Below, piece by piece: positions 1 through 11,900 of a stretch of 64,000 bases of DNA. Position numbers and translations under genes: made by a program. Within the stretch, counting starts at the first letter, position 1; each line of letters begins with the position of its first letter. The notes under the pieces were generated by a model that worked only from the letters and a program-made list of their open reading frames with translations, did no database searches and was not told where the DNA came from. This DNA comes from Macrostomum hystrix (lineage: Eukaryota; Animalia; Platyhelminthes): assembly GCA_950097015.1 (NCBI GenBank), contig CATNEN010000030.1:806001-870000 (forward strand), written 5' to 3'.

Positions 1-1012
1 TCTCTCCTAAACTTAGGGGTGAGATTTCGGAGTCTCCTAAACCTACGGGTGATTTCTGAGTCGGTCTTTACTGAATAGTTAAGGTGTTTAAATTTCCAAA
101 ATATTTCAAGTATTACGACACACTTTTTCTGCTAAAGCAAGTCCCCATGTTTCCAGTAATTTCGCAGTTTTCCCTTCCGCGTGATCTTTTTTTCTTCAAA
201 GACACAGAGGTTTGATTTGCCAGTGCTATTGCCAGAACTATTTGTTTATTCCCAAGATGGTAACTAACAACACTCGAATATTGTATTTGCTTAATATTTA
301 ATTATCAGCCAGTTGTTATTTATTTAGCATTCTGACAGCGAATGCGGTTAAATATTGTGCCCCATTCGATTGCTAGTGCAAGTTCCTATAACTATTCTAT
401 TGTTTTTTCATTGTTGCGAATTATTCCTATATGTAATCATTTCGCTTTGTTGATCAATGTAAATAATGTTTCTGCTATATTAAATATTAAATTCCTTCAG
501 TTGTTTTATAGCTGCTGCTGCTGCTGTTGCTGCTACTGTTTTACAAAATAATAACAGTCAATAACAAGAGAATTGAGATTATGAGCATTAGCGTGTTGTA
601 ACAATATAATTTCTACTAGTTATAAAATACCCTGTTGTAACATGTCAAATTATCTATGTCCATTATTATTGTTATCAAAAAGCTATTGTTCTCATCCTTT
701 CTGTCTAAAAAAACACTTAACACATCGTCCCAAAACTTGCAGGACGGTGCAGTTATTTTGAAAGGATATAATGAGTGTAAATAAACTGAATTATATGTCC
801 ACCATAATCCGGTTTATGTCTGGTTTGTTTCATTTGGTCTCCAATCGATTCGTTAATCAACTATTGTATAGACAGAATCTGTTCTATCATACAGTCAGTG
901 TACATATTGAACTGTCATTTGCTACGTCAGCACAGCTCTCTGGTGGCAGGCAGCTATCGGTATTTGCTTGCTAGCTAGCCTGCATGAGAGCTCCCCTTCT
1001 CTGCTCACTTGC

Positions 1013-1607
1013 TCCTCACCTGACCTCATCTGTCTCCTCACCTGACCTCACCTGACCTCATCTGTCTCCTCACCTGACCTCACCTGATCTCATCTGTCTC
1101 GTCACCTGACCTCATCTGTCTCCTCACCTGACCTCATCTGTCTCCTCACCTGACCTCATCTGTCTCCTCACCTGACCTCACCTGACCTCATCTGTCTCCT
1201 CACCTGACCTCACCTGACCTCATCTGTCTCCTCACCTGACCTCACCTGACCTCACCTGACCTCATCTGTCTCCTCACCTGACCTCACCTGATCTCATCTG
1301 TCTCCTCACCTGACCTCACCTGATCTCATCTGTCTCCTCACCTGACCTCATCTGTCTCCTCACCTGACCTCACCTGACCTCATCTGTCTCCTCACCTGAC
1401 CTCACCTGACCTCATCTGTCTCCTCACCTGACCTCACCTGACCTCACCTGACCTCATCTGTCTCCTCACCTGACCTCATCTGTCTCCTCACCTGACCTCA
1501 CCTGATCTCATCTGTCTCCTCACCTGACCTCATCTGTCTCCTCACCTGACCTCACCTGTCTCCTCACCTGACCTCACCTGTCTCCTCACCTGACCTCACC
1601 TGTCTCC
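1013..1607. repeat. Minisatellite of mixed 10-nt (CACCTGACCT) and 12-nt (CATCTGTCTCCT) subunits
   Basis: Units read directly from the sequence and alternate irregularly. Confidence 0.95.
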
Positions 1608-2243
1608 TTGACCGACTCTCCTTTCCTAGTCCACGTAGCTCAGATTTCTCTGCCTTTGTGGGTCCACCCCTCTTGATCATCTATCTATATAATTATTAGC
1701 TTTCTATCTAACTCTCTACCGATATTCCATTTAAAATATTACGCCGCTTTCTGTCTAAATTCTACGTTGTTTCGCTCACCCCTGGTTCCGTTAATTCCTT
1801 GGCCTTCCCCTATAACAACTCTGTATGTTGCTTGTTTGTCAGTAAATAGAAACACACATTTTGCCGCTTTTAAAAGATTGTTTAAACCATGCGATTTTAA
1901 TTCGCACTGTCTTGTCTGTGCGACTAAGAATGGAAGCCATAGTTATTAAACCTTGACTTTTATTCACTTCTTTTTACCTTGGTTGGCGAGTTTCATATTT
2001 TATACATTGCCGTTTTAATTGTCGAAAAGATTTCGCTGCAGAAATGAGTTGCTATTTTCGTATCGCAAATAATTAACAATACGGGTAGTAGAAATAGGAA
2101 CAGAAGAAACAGGATTTTAAAGTTTGAATTAATTAATTTTAAAGCGCCTTGGATCTTATTTTATTATCTGAATATTATGTCATTTCTACTTGCAGTAGCT
2201 GAATTCTTCCATTATTACTCTTTTTATTCGTTGGCTAAGATCA

Positions 2244-2329
2244 AAAGTCACGTGACTTTCCAAAGCCAATGAGCGAGCCCAGAGCGTGGCAGGCCGTCAC
2301 ACGCGGGGCTGTCTCTCTGATTTATAAAA
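2244..2329 (+). promoter_or_regulatory. Candidate core promoter of the MARCH-type gene (E-box/CLEAR, CCAAT, TATA)
   Basis: Perfect 16-bp palindrome AAAGTCACGTGACTTT at 2244-2259, AGCCAATGAG at 2264-2273 and TATAAAA at 2323-2329, in the expected order upstream of ATG 2418. Confidence 0.55.
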
Positions 2330-2417
2330 GTCGCTGAATCCAACTGAGAATCTAATTTCTTATGTACTTAAAACGGAATTAGCTGTGTCTGTGACGCCCT
2401 TGATCGGTCCAACGGAA

Positions 2418-5056
2418 ATGCAGGCAAAAGCCGACTGTAGAATATGCCTTGCCGAGGCCCAGATCAAAAGCCTGTCATCGCCCTGCAGGTGCGCCGACAC
2501 TCAGAAGTATGTCCACAGTGCCTGCCTGTTTGTGAGTACATTTGTGTATCCGACTTGTCCATATCTAAGCCTATATAATTTATTTCTACTTTTTGAAAGC
2601 ATACTTCTAGATAGCTAAGTTCTAGATCGCTTTTAAAAAGAAAATATATACGGTTACTTTCAAGTTCTGAACCTATAATCTTAAGGAACAAGATTTTTTA
2701 GAGTTCAAATAATTCTTACTTTATTGCTAGGTACTAAATACTTTAAAATGCCTGATATAGCTCTGTGAGGTATGCATTTTTATAAAAAGTTTCTTAAGTA
2801 AGCATAGCAAGTTGTTTACATAAATTTATTTGTATGGAATGAGTTCATGCGCATAGCAGAATCAAAGGCAGGATAAAAATAAAGATACCAATGATATAAT
2901 ACATATTGGTTACTATAAGCTTTTTTATTCATTATCTATCATTCTGCAGTCCTGGCTGAACTGTGAAGACAGCCCTAAGAAGTCGGCCTGCGAGATCTGC
3001 AACCAGCAATATAATATCATTTCAAGTAATGCTTTCAATGTGAGTAAACCACTATCACCCTTACCCACAGTCACCCTGTTCTGTGATCCCCACTTTTGTG
3101 ATCCCATTTTCACTCAGCTCTGTGGACAGTTAACCAGTTTTGTGATCCCACAGTCACCCAGTTTTGTGATCCCACAGTCATTCTGTGATCCCACAATCAC
3201 CCAGTTCTGTGATCTCACAGTTAACCATTTCTGTGATCCCACAGTCACCCAATTCTGTGATCCCACAGTCACCCAGTTCTGTGATCCCACAGTCACCCAA
3301 TTCTGTGATCCCACAGTCACCCAATTCTGTGATCCCACAGTCACCCAGTTCTGTGATCCCACAGTCACCCAATTCTGTGATCCCACAGTCAACCATTTCT
3401 GTGATCCCACAGTCACCCAGTTCTGTGATATCACAGTCATTCTGTGATCCCACAATCACCCAGTTCTGTGATCTCACAGTTATTCTGTGATCCCACAATC
3501 ACCCAGTTCTGTGATCCCACAGTCAACCAGTTCTGTGATCCCACAGTCAACCATTTCTGTGATCCCACAGTCACCCAATTCTGTGATCCCACAGTCACCC
3601 AATTCTGTGATCCCACAGTCACCCAGTTCTGTGATCCCACAGTCACCCAATTCTGTGATCCCACAGTCAACCATTTCTGTGATCCCACAGTCACCCAGTT
3701 CTGTGATATCACAGTCATTCTGTGATCCCACAATCACCCAGTTCTGTGATCTCACAGTTATTCTGTGATCCCACAATCACCCAGTTCTGTGATCCCACAG
3801 TCAACCAGTTATGTGATCCCACAGTCAACCAGTTATGTGATCCCACAATCACCCAGTTCTGTGATCCCACAGTCAACCAGTTATGTGATCCCACATTCAC
3901 CCAGTTCTGTGATCCCACAGTCACCCAGTTCTGTGATCCCTCAGTCACCCAGTTCTGTGAACAGTTAACCAGTTCTATGATCCCACAGTCACCCAGCTCT
4001 GTGATCTCACAGTCATTCTTTGATCCCACAATCACCCAGTTCTGTGATCTCACAGTCATTCTGTGATCCCACAATCACCCAGTTCTGTGATCTCACAGTC
4101 ATTCTGTGATCCCACAATCACCCAGTTCTCTGATCGCACATATACCCAGTTCTGTGATCCCACAGTCAACCAGTTATGTGATCCCACAATCACCCAGATC
4201 TGTGATCCCACAATCACCCAGATCTGTGATCCCACAATCACCCAGTTCTGTGATCCCAAAATCACCCAGTTCTGTGATCGCACATATACTCAGTTCTGTG
4301 ATCCCACAGTCACCCATGCAGTTCTGTAATCTTACAATCACACAGCTCTGTGATCTCACAATCACCCAGTTCTGTGATCCCACAGTCACCCAGTTCTGTA
4401 ATCTTACAATCACAGCTCTGTGATCCCACATTCACCCAGTTCTCTGATCCCACAGTCACCCAGCTCTGTGATCTCACAGTCATTCTGTTATCCCACAATC
4501 ACCCAGTCCCTGATCCCACAATCACCCAGTCCTGTTATCCCACAATCACCCAGTCCCGTGATCCCACAATCACCCAGTCCTGTTATCCCACAATCACCCA
4601 GTCCCGTGATCCCACAATCACCCAGTCCTGTTATCCCACAATCACCCAGTCCCGTGATCCCACAATCACCAAGTTTTGATCCCTGCTCATACGGCTCTGA
4701 ATTTCTCCTGCCCGCAGCCTCGTGTCGTCTTCAATCACACCCGGAAGGCCCTGTATGCCATCGTGGCTACGATCGCCATGGCGCTGTTCCTTGGCATTGT
4801 GTTTTCATTTGTGTATTATCTGCACCTGCTGAACGCCACGCCCCAGTCGGAGATCAGCGTGCTGAATCCGGCACCGACTCTGCAGCAAATCGGGATACTT
4901 TTGCTAATGATTTTATTCATAATTTTGTTACTATGTCTGGCTTTTGTCAGTTGCTGCACTTCTGACGGGCCTCTGTTCAGCTGCAGACTGACACGCCGGC
5001 AGTTGCGGTTAGTCGACTTTGAAAGCAACAACGGCTTGGAATCGGTTGCTGCCTAA
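2418..5056 (+). CDS. MARCH-family membrane-associated RING-CH E3 ubiquitin ligase (180 aa, 3 exons)
   Basis: Exons 2418-2531, 2950-3039 and 4718-5056, joined by phase-0 GT-AG introns; total 543 nt. The spliced protein has the C4HC3 RING-CH pattern CRIC..PCRC..HSAC|(LFSW)..CEIC followed by two hydrophobic TM segments. Confidence 0.9.
3065..4670. repeat. 24-nt minisatellite (TGTGATCCCACAGTCACCCAGTTC, with a 19-nt variant) filling MARCH intron 2
   Basis: Read directly; occupies nearly all of intron 3040-4717. Confidence 0.97.
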
Positions 5057-5415
5057 GATTCTACACCTCAGAAAAAGTGTCTTCACTTTTTTAGTCTAAG
5101 TGGACATTTTCTCTGTGAGCTCACTTCTCAAGATGAAGCTCACTTTTCTACTGGCTTAAAATTTTAAGGCCAAGCTAGCACCGATGTGCATTTACGAATT
5201 AATACTTTCGGTGCGTTATTTGTTACATTCTTTGCACCCTACTTTTAGTAGAAATTAAGCGTTTTTGCGCATAGAACAGAAAGTTTCCGTTGTACTCTAA
5301 GCTTTACATTGAATTATTGTTTCTCGTTTTGTCTCCATGCTTAGAGGCAAGTTTTGTGCCTATGCTGACTCGATATTTTTCCTAAAACACTTGCTCCCTA
5401 TCACGACTCCTTGAA

Positions 5416-5812
5416 TTTATCCCCTTTCTCCTAGCATTTATCCCCTTACTTCTAGCATTTATCCCCTTTCTCCTAGTATTTATCCCCTTTCTCCTAGTAG
5501 TTATCCCCTTTCTGCTAGCATTTATCCCCTTTCTTCTAGCATTTATCCCCATTCTCCTAGCATTTATCCCCTCTCTTCTAGCATTTATCCCCTCTCTTCT
5601 AGCATTTATCCCCTCTCTTCTAGCATTTATCCCCTCTCTTCTAGCATTTATCCCCTTTCTTCTAGCATTTATCCCCTTTCTTCTAGCATTTATCCCCTTT
5701 CTTCTAGCATTTATCCCCTTTCTTCTAGCATTTATCCCCTTTCTTCTAGCATTTGTCCCCTTTCTTCTAGCATTTATCCCCCATTCTCCTAGCATTTATC
5801 CCCTTTCTCCTT
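5416..5812. repeat. 21-nt minisatellite CTAGCATTTATCCCCTTTCTT
   Basis: Read directly. Confidence 0.97.
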
Positions 5813-8185
5813 GCAATCTAGAATTTATGTTTGAAGGTGCAGGTTTTTCCTAATGTCATTGTTTATTTGCCTATGCAATACGAGTACTAATTTTGGATTT
5901 AACGCCTCAATTGAATGAATGAACTGAAGTCGGTTCGTGAATAATAATAATTTCTTTCCTGTTCACATTGCTGCTGTATAAAGAAAAGGAATTCTATATA
6001 TTTTGTCTTTTTATAATCTCGCTGCATTAGAAAACCTTGTTTATTTGCTTTATTACATGCGTTTGTTAAAAAGCTGCAATTTCTCAGACAATTAAAACAA
6101 AAATGTTTGGATCAATTAACTGAAAATTTTGAATATGAATTGGTCTCCATTAGAATTAAAAGGGCTTTAATATATAACAAGCTAAATATTTAAGCGCTAA
6201 TTATAAACTGACTGATCACTTTGGTCTGTTTGACGCACCTGATTTTCTGTCTGGATAAAAAGTTTAGCTTTTAATCGCGCTTCTCTACTAGTCAGTAGCT
6301 TAATTGAATATAAGCACGACGCTACGCCAAATGAGAAAATAAAATTATTATTTCTTATTCTTATCGACTCATCCATGGCAATAGTGCGCATATCATTTGC
6401 GAGTAACATTTTTTTTGCGGAGCGTTTAAAAAAATGTGATTAATTGAAAGAATTATTGCATCAATTTTGCCAGGTAAATGGGTTTTCTGGGTCAAATAGG
6501 TTTTCAATGGAAACTTTTTTACTTTAAACTGAGGGAGCCTTTATAGCTAATCAATCAATCTGATAGAAAACAATTTTAGCATTAAAGGTGCTAATGCCTA
6601 AAATATATCCTGCGCGTGTGACGTCACCAGTCAGTTTTTTACTATTGGGCCATAGACTATAAGACAATTACCAAGTGAAAATGTCAGATCGCGGGTCGCG
6701 CATAAGTGGCGCCTTTGAAAATTGATGAAGATGGGAGAGACGCGTTGAACCTTCACACTCCTGCCCTCGGTTTTGCGCCCAGATGAAATGTGAGCCTACG
6801 AAAGAGATGCTATGCAGAGCAGATCCCCCTTGCTTTGAGCAGCTTTGAGTTGTGAGGTCAGCTGGGCTGGGAGTGACGCAACCCGTGACAATGTCCCGGA
6901 GCTGCTGTTCCGAAGCGAAGCCCGGTGACGCATTCTCCCATTCTCCCATTTTAGGGCCCATGCAGCGACGGGAGAAAATGGAGGAGGCTGGAGGAGGAAA
7001 ATCCCTCATAGCACATTTTAATTTGTACAGAAATCATTCCACAATCCCTGGAGGGATTTGTCGCCAGGCTGGGGCCATCGGGATATATAGACAGAGCAGG
7101 GCTTTTGAGATGGGATGTTAGGAACAATTGAATGAAGCAGGGCTGGAAATCTTGTGCTAGTCGTGACTAGATCAGCTTATAGGAGATTGCCATGAGGGAG
7201 GAGGGATAAAATGAGAGGGGACGCTCACGCACTCAGCAGCCGCTGGGGGGGTTGAGACACATGCAACTGAGGCCCCTCGAACAATGCCTGCCCAGCCGTT
7301 GCGTGCAGCTGCGGGTGCACACACACAATGTCCCCAGATTCAGGCCGATGTTTTTTGTTAATTCGCGGCCTTATTGTTCCCACTTCACATTTATCCCTAT
7401 GCAGGCTGCAGGGGGGGGAGATTTTTTATTTTCATAGAAAAATACCCTTTTCTCTGTAATTTATTTCCTTCTGAACCTGTTTAAACCTGAAATAGCTGGA
7501 GCAGTTATAAACTCTGCAGACTATTGCCATAGACATCGAATTAATCAAGGAATATTGATTGATTGACAGATAGGTCCAACAGGACGACAAGATGTCGAAC
7601 CTCGTAAACTGTTAGGCTTCATCAAAGTAGACATTGATGAAGTGGCTTGCTTATGAACCAGACGTTTACACTCTTACGTTTATTTCAAATTCGGTTCGCA
7701 CGGTAACTTGGGCCAATGCTTTTGCAGACCCTTCCTGTTTCCTTAACATCGATTGTTTTGTAACATGTTCCGTGTTGACAAACTAGAAAATAATGAAAGC
7801 ACTACGCCAGATACGCCAGGCTAACAGGCTAATTAGGCCTAGGTAATTGGAGCAGTTTGGAGTGTGAATCGACCGAGTTCTCTTATATTGAAAAGTGGCG
7901 CACGCAGCCGCAGGAAGAAGTGTGTGCCTTCCTGTTGCCTAGCGCTGCGTAGCCTTAATGAAATGGAAATCGGTAGAAGGCCTCTGCCGTTGCTTTGTTT
8001 ATTCTTTCGATATTCTAAAACAGTGAAATTCAATACCCTTGAATTCTCTATTCCATTCGTTCATTAACAAATTCATCACAGTAAAGTTTTAAATGGAAAC
8101 TACTAATTCACAAGCCAGAAAATACGAGAAAATACGAGAAAATACTCGTAAAAAAAAGAAAAATTTTCAAATTAGAATCCTTACT

Positions 8186-8925
8186 GACCAGCATCTTCAC
8201 AAACCAGAATCTTCACAAACCAGAATCTTCCCAAACCAGAATCTTCCCAAACCAGAATCTTCACAAACCAGAATCTTCCCAAACCAGAATCTTCCCAAAC
8301 CAGAATCTTCCCAAACCAGAATCTTCCCAACCAGCATCTTTACAAACCAGAATCTTCCCAAACTAGAATCTTCCCAAACCAGAATCTTCCCAACCAGAAT
8401 CTTCCCTAACCAGAATCTTCCCAAACCAGAATCTTCCCTAACCAGAATCTTCCCAAACCAGAATCTTCACAAACGAGAATCTTCCCTAACCAGAATCTTC
8501 TCAAACCAGAATCTTCCCAAATCAGAATCTTCACAAACCAGAATCTACCCTAACCAGAATCTTCCCAAACTAGAATCTTCCCAACCAGAATCTTCACAAA
8601 CCAGAATCTTCCCAAACCAGAATCTTCCCAAGCCAGAATCTTCCCAAACCAGAAACTCCCCAAACTAGAATCTTCCCTAACCAGAATCTTCCCAAACCAG
8701 AATCTTCACAAACCAGAAACTCCCCAAACCAGAATCTTCCCAAACCAGAATCTTCCCAACCAGAATCTTCCCTAACCAGAATCTTCCCAAACCAGAATCT
8801 TCACAAACCAGAAACTCCCCAAACCAGAATCTTCCCAAACCAGAATCTTCCCAACCAGAATCTTCCCTAACCAGAATCTTCTCAAACCAGAATCTTCCCG
8901 AACCAGAATCATCCCAAACTAGAAT
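8186..8925. repeat. 16-nt minisatellite AAACCAGAATCTTCCC
   Basis: Read directly; the 16-aa period in the ORF track equals 3 units. Confidence 0.97.
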
Positions 8926-9911
8926 CTTTATCGCATCTATACTCTCAAACTGTGAGTGGAGACTCAGTGCTGGCAGCAGATTGGATTGCAGATTCGAGTG
9001 CTCGGGAAATGTAGCCTGAGGCCAGTCAAACCCAGGAATTGTCGAACGCAGAGGCGCTCCAAAGCCCATGGAGTCAAGGCTGTGCTAAAGGTATTAAAAA
9101 GGGCTCCGCAGGGGCGCAGGCCTTAAGAGGGCTCCGTCCAGGCGGCACCCCATTGCGTCTTGTCACAACTGGAGATCCCTCGCAACCCCATTCCAAAGCT
9201 CGTCTCTCCCATTATCCCGTAATTAGGGAAGGCAAAGCAGCCATGTTGAGTCGGGTATTAGTAATATAAGGATTGGGGATCTGGGCTCGCTTGAGTGATT
9301 TGAGACAGGCTTTTTCGCTTTGAGGATCCAGGAGATTCGGAAATTCAGATGCGGGAGCAGCTTGAGTTTGAGCCGGCCGTGAATGAGTCAGGAATAAAAG
9401 ATTGGGGTTGGTTAGAAAATTGCTGGGACATTCTCGGGCAGGGCAACGCAACCGTCTGAGCACACACACACTGCTCACTGCTCACAGCTCGCTCACTCTA
9501 TAGTTTGTTTTGGGAGCCACGATGGACACCTGGGGGTTTTCGAAGGGGGCTGAGGAAGGAGCGCCGGGTTTTGACAATCCCAGGGGCAGGATTGGGGGGG
9601 GGTTGGGAAGTCCTGAGCCTGACGCAGAGTCAGTCAGCCAGCTGTCCCCAGTGCCACCCACCCTCCTAAGCTCGAGCTCAATACGGATGAGGAATTTGAG
9701 CTGAGAAGCTTTGACAGGGAAGGGCCTTGAGCCCCCCCCCGATTTCTCCAAGCCGAAGGGTTTGTTCTGGTCCCCAGGCGGACCACCTGGGCCGGTTTCT
9801 CTGCAAACAACTCTGACGGAAGTCTGGTCGAAAAGCAACCAGGACACTGCCCCAGTACACAGGGCACGGCTTTTTGCTTTCTGGTGCTCCGAGTCGCGTT
9901 TCAATTAAGAA

Positions 9912-10620
9912 ATCTGACTGGGGATTGAGGTATCTTACTGGGGATTGAGGAATCTTACTGGGGATTGAGGAATCTTACTGGGGATCGAGAAATCTTACTG
10001 GGGATTGAGGCATCTGACTGGGGATCGAGAAATCTTACTGGGGATCGAGGAATCTGACTGGGGATTGAGGAATCTTACTGGTGATTGAGGAATCTGACTG
10101 GGGATTGAGGAATCTTACTGGGGATCGAGAAATCTTACTGGGGATTGAGGCATCTGACTGGGGATCGAGAAATCTTACTGGGGATCGAGGAATCTGACTG
10201 GGGATTGAGGAATCTTACTGGGGATCGAGAAATCTTACTGGGGATTGAGGAATCTGACTGTGGGTTGAGGAATCTGACTGTGGATTGAGGAATCTGACTA
10301 GGGATTGAGGTATCTGACTGGGGATTGAGGAATCTGACTGGGGATTGAGGAATCTGACTAGGGATTGAGGAATCTTGACTGGGGATTGAGGAATCTGGGT
10401 TGGGATTGTGGAATCCAGTGAAGGAATTGTGGAATCTGAAGAGGGATTGGGGAATCTGTCTGGGGATTTCAGGATCTGACGAGGGATTGGGGAATCTGTC
10501 TGAGGATTTCAGGATCTGACAAAGGGATTGGGGAATCTGTCTGGGGATTTCAGGATCTGACGAGGGATTGGGGAATCTGTCTGGGGATTTCGGAATCTGA
10601 GTTGGGATTGTGGAATCCGG
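9912..10620. repeat. 20-nt minisatellite CTGACTGGGGATTGAGGAAT, grading into a 40-nt dimeric form
   Basis: Read directly. Confidence 0.95.
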
Positions 10621-11404
10621 TGAAGGAATGGTGTAATCTGAGTCCCGGTCCTTTTCACAAAACATATCCCTACAGAGACAAGTGGGATTTTTCCCATAAA
10701 ATTTGTTTTTCCAGTTGTAGTCCAGGAAATAATCCGAATTCCAGTTGACAGAAGAAGTAATTGTTGATAAAGTGTCCAATTTGTTTGCGAACTATCAAAG
10801 TTTCTCTCGCTGTGTGTTTGTGTGTTCCGCCCTGCAGCCTGTTGAGGTATAGGTGCCTTGGCTGAATTTCCAAAGCCGTGAGGCAACAGCAAACACGCAG
10901 TCGGATAAGGCCTGAACCGGCATAGCAACCGAAGGCTGTGTGTTGAGGCAGCCTTTGAGACTCCATTGTTCTCGGCACTGCTCAAGCTCAGAGTTGCATG
11001 ATGAGTCAGGCAGGATCCAAGGTGCGCATGCAGGTGGCTTGTGCGCTAACAGCCGCCTTCTATTCCCATGAAGGGATCCTGTTTTGATGTGTTTAGAAGC
11101 TGGCAACACATGATGTGACAGCAGCCTTGTGATGCAAGCTTTTGCATTAGCCTCGTGATTAGATAGGGTATTAGTGGGATGCATCGCTATGATATGGCCT
11201 AAAATATTTACTGATAATGCGGCTAAGCGCAACATGGATCTCTGGACACGACGGGACTTTGATGCGATTTGACAGCACAAATGCCAATGAGATCAAAGAG
11301 AATTCTTACTCCAACAGGTCTGCCGTGCCTGCACTGCTAATCAGCCTACTCACACCTACTATTATGCACTCACATAATAACTTCTCCTATACTCTATCCA
11401 GAGT

Positions 11405-11900
11405 TCAGACCAATCTACCCTGCTCTATCCAGACCAATCTACCCTGCTCTATCCAGACCAATCTACCCTGATCTACCCAGACCAATCTACCCTGCTCTAT
11501 CCAGACCAATCTACCCTGATCTACCCAGACCAATCTACCCTGATCTACCCAGACCAATCTACCCTGATCTACCCAGACCAATCTACCCTGATCTACCCAG
11601 ACCAATCTACCCTGCTCTAACCAGACCAATCTACCCTGATCTAACCCAGACCAATCTACCCTGCTCACACGCTACCCTTCTTATACCCTATAATGCTCAC
11701 ACTCTACCCTGCTCTCACGCTACCCTGCTCACACCTGCCCTGCTCACACCCTACCCTGCTCACACGCTACCCTACTTATTCCCTACAATGCTCACACCCT
11801 ACCCTGCTCACACCTGCCCTGCTCACACCCTACCCTGCTCACACCCTACCCTGCTCACACCTACCCTTCTTACACCCTACCGTGCTCACACCCTCTACCC
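11405..11900. repeat. 24-nt repeat CCAGACCAATCTACCCTGATCTAC followed by a related 16-nt repeat TGCTCACACCCTACCC
   Basis: Read directly; the two arrays abut near 11665 and share CTACCCTG. Confidence 0.93.

Noticed and set aside
1-60. Two degenerate ~31-nt repeats with TTAGGGG at the window edge
   Set aside because: Too short and truncated to call telomeric or assign.
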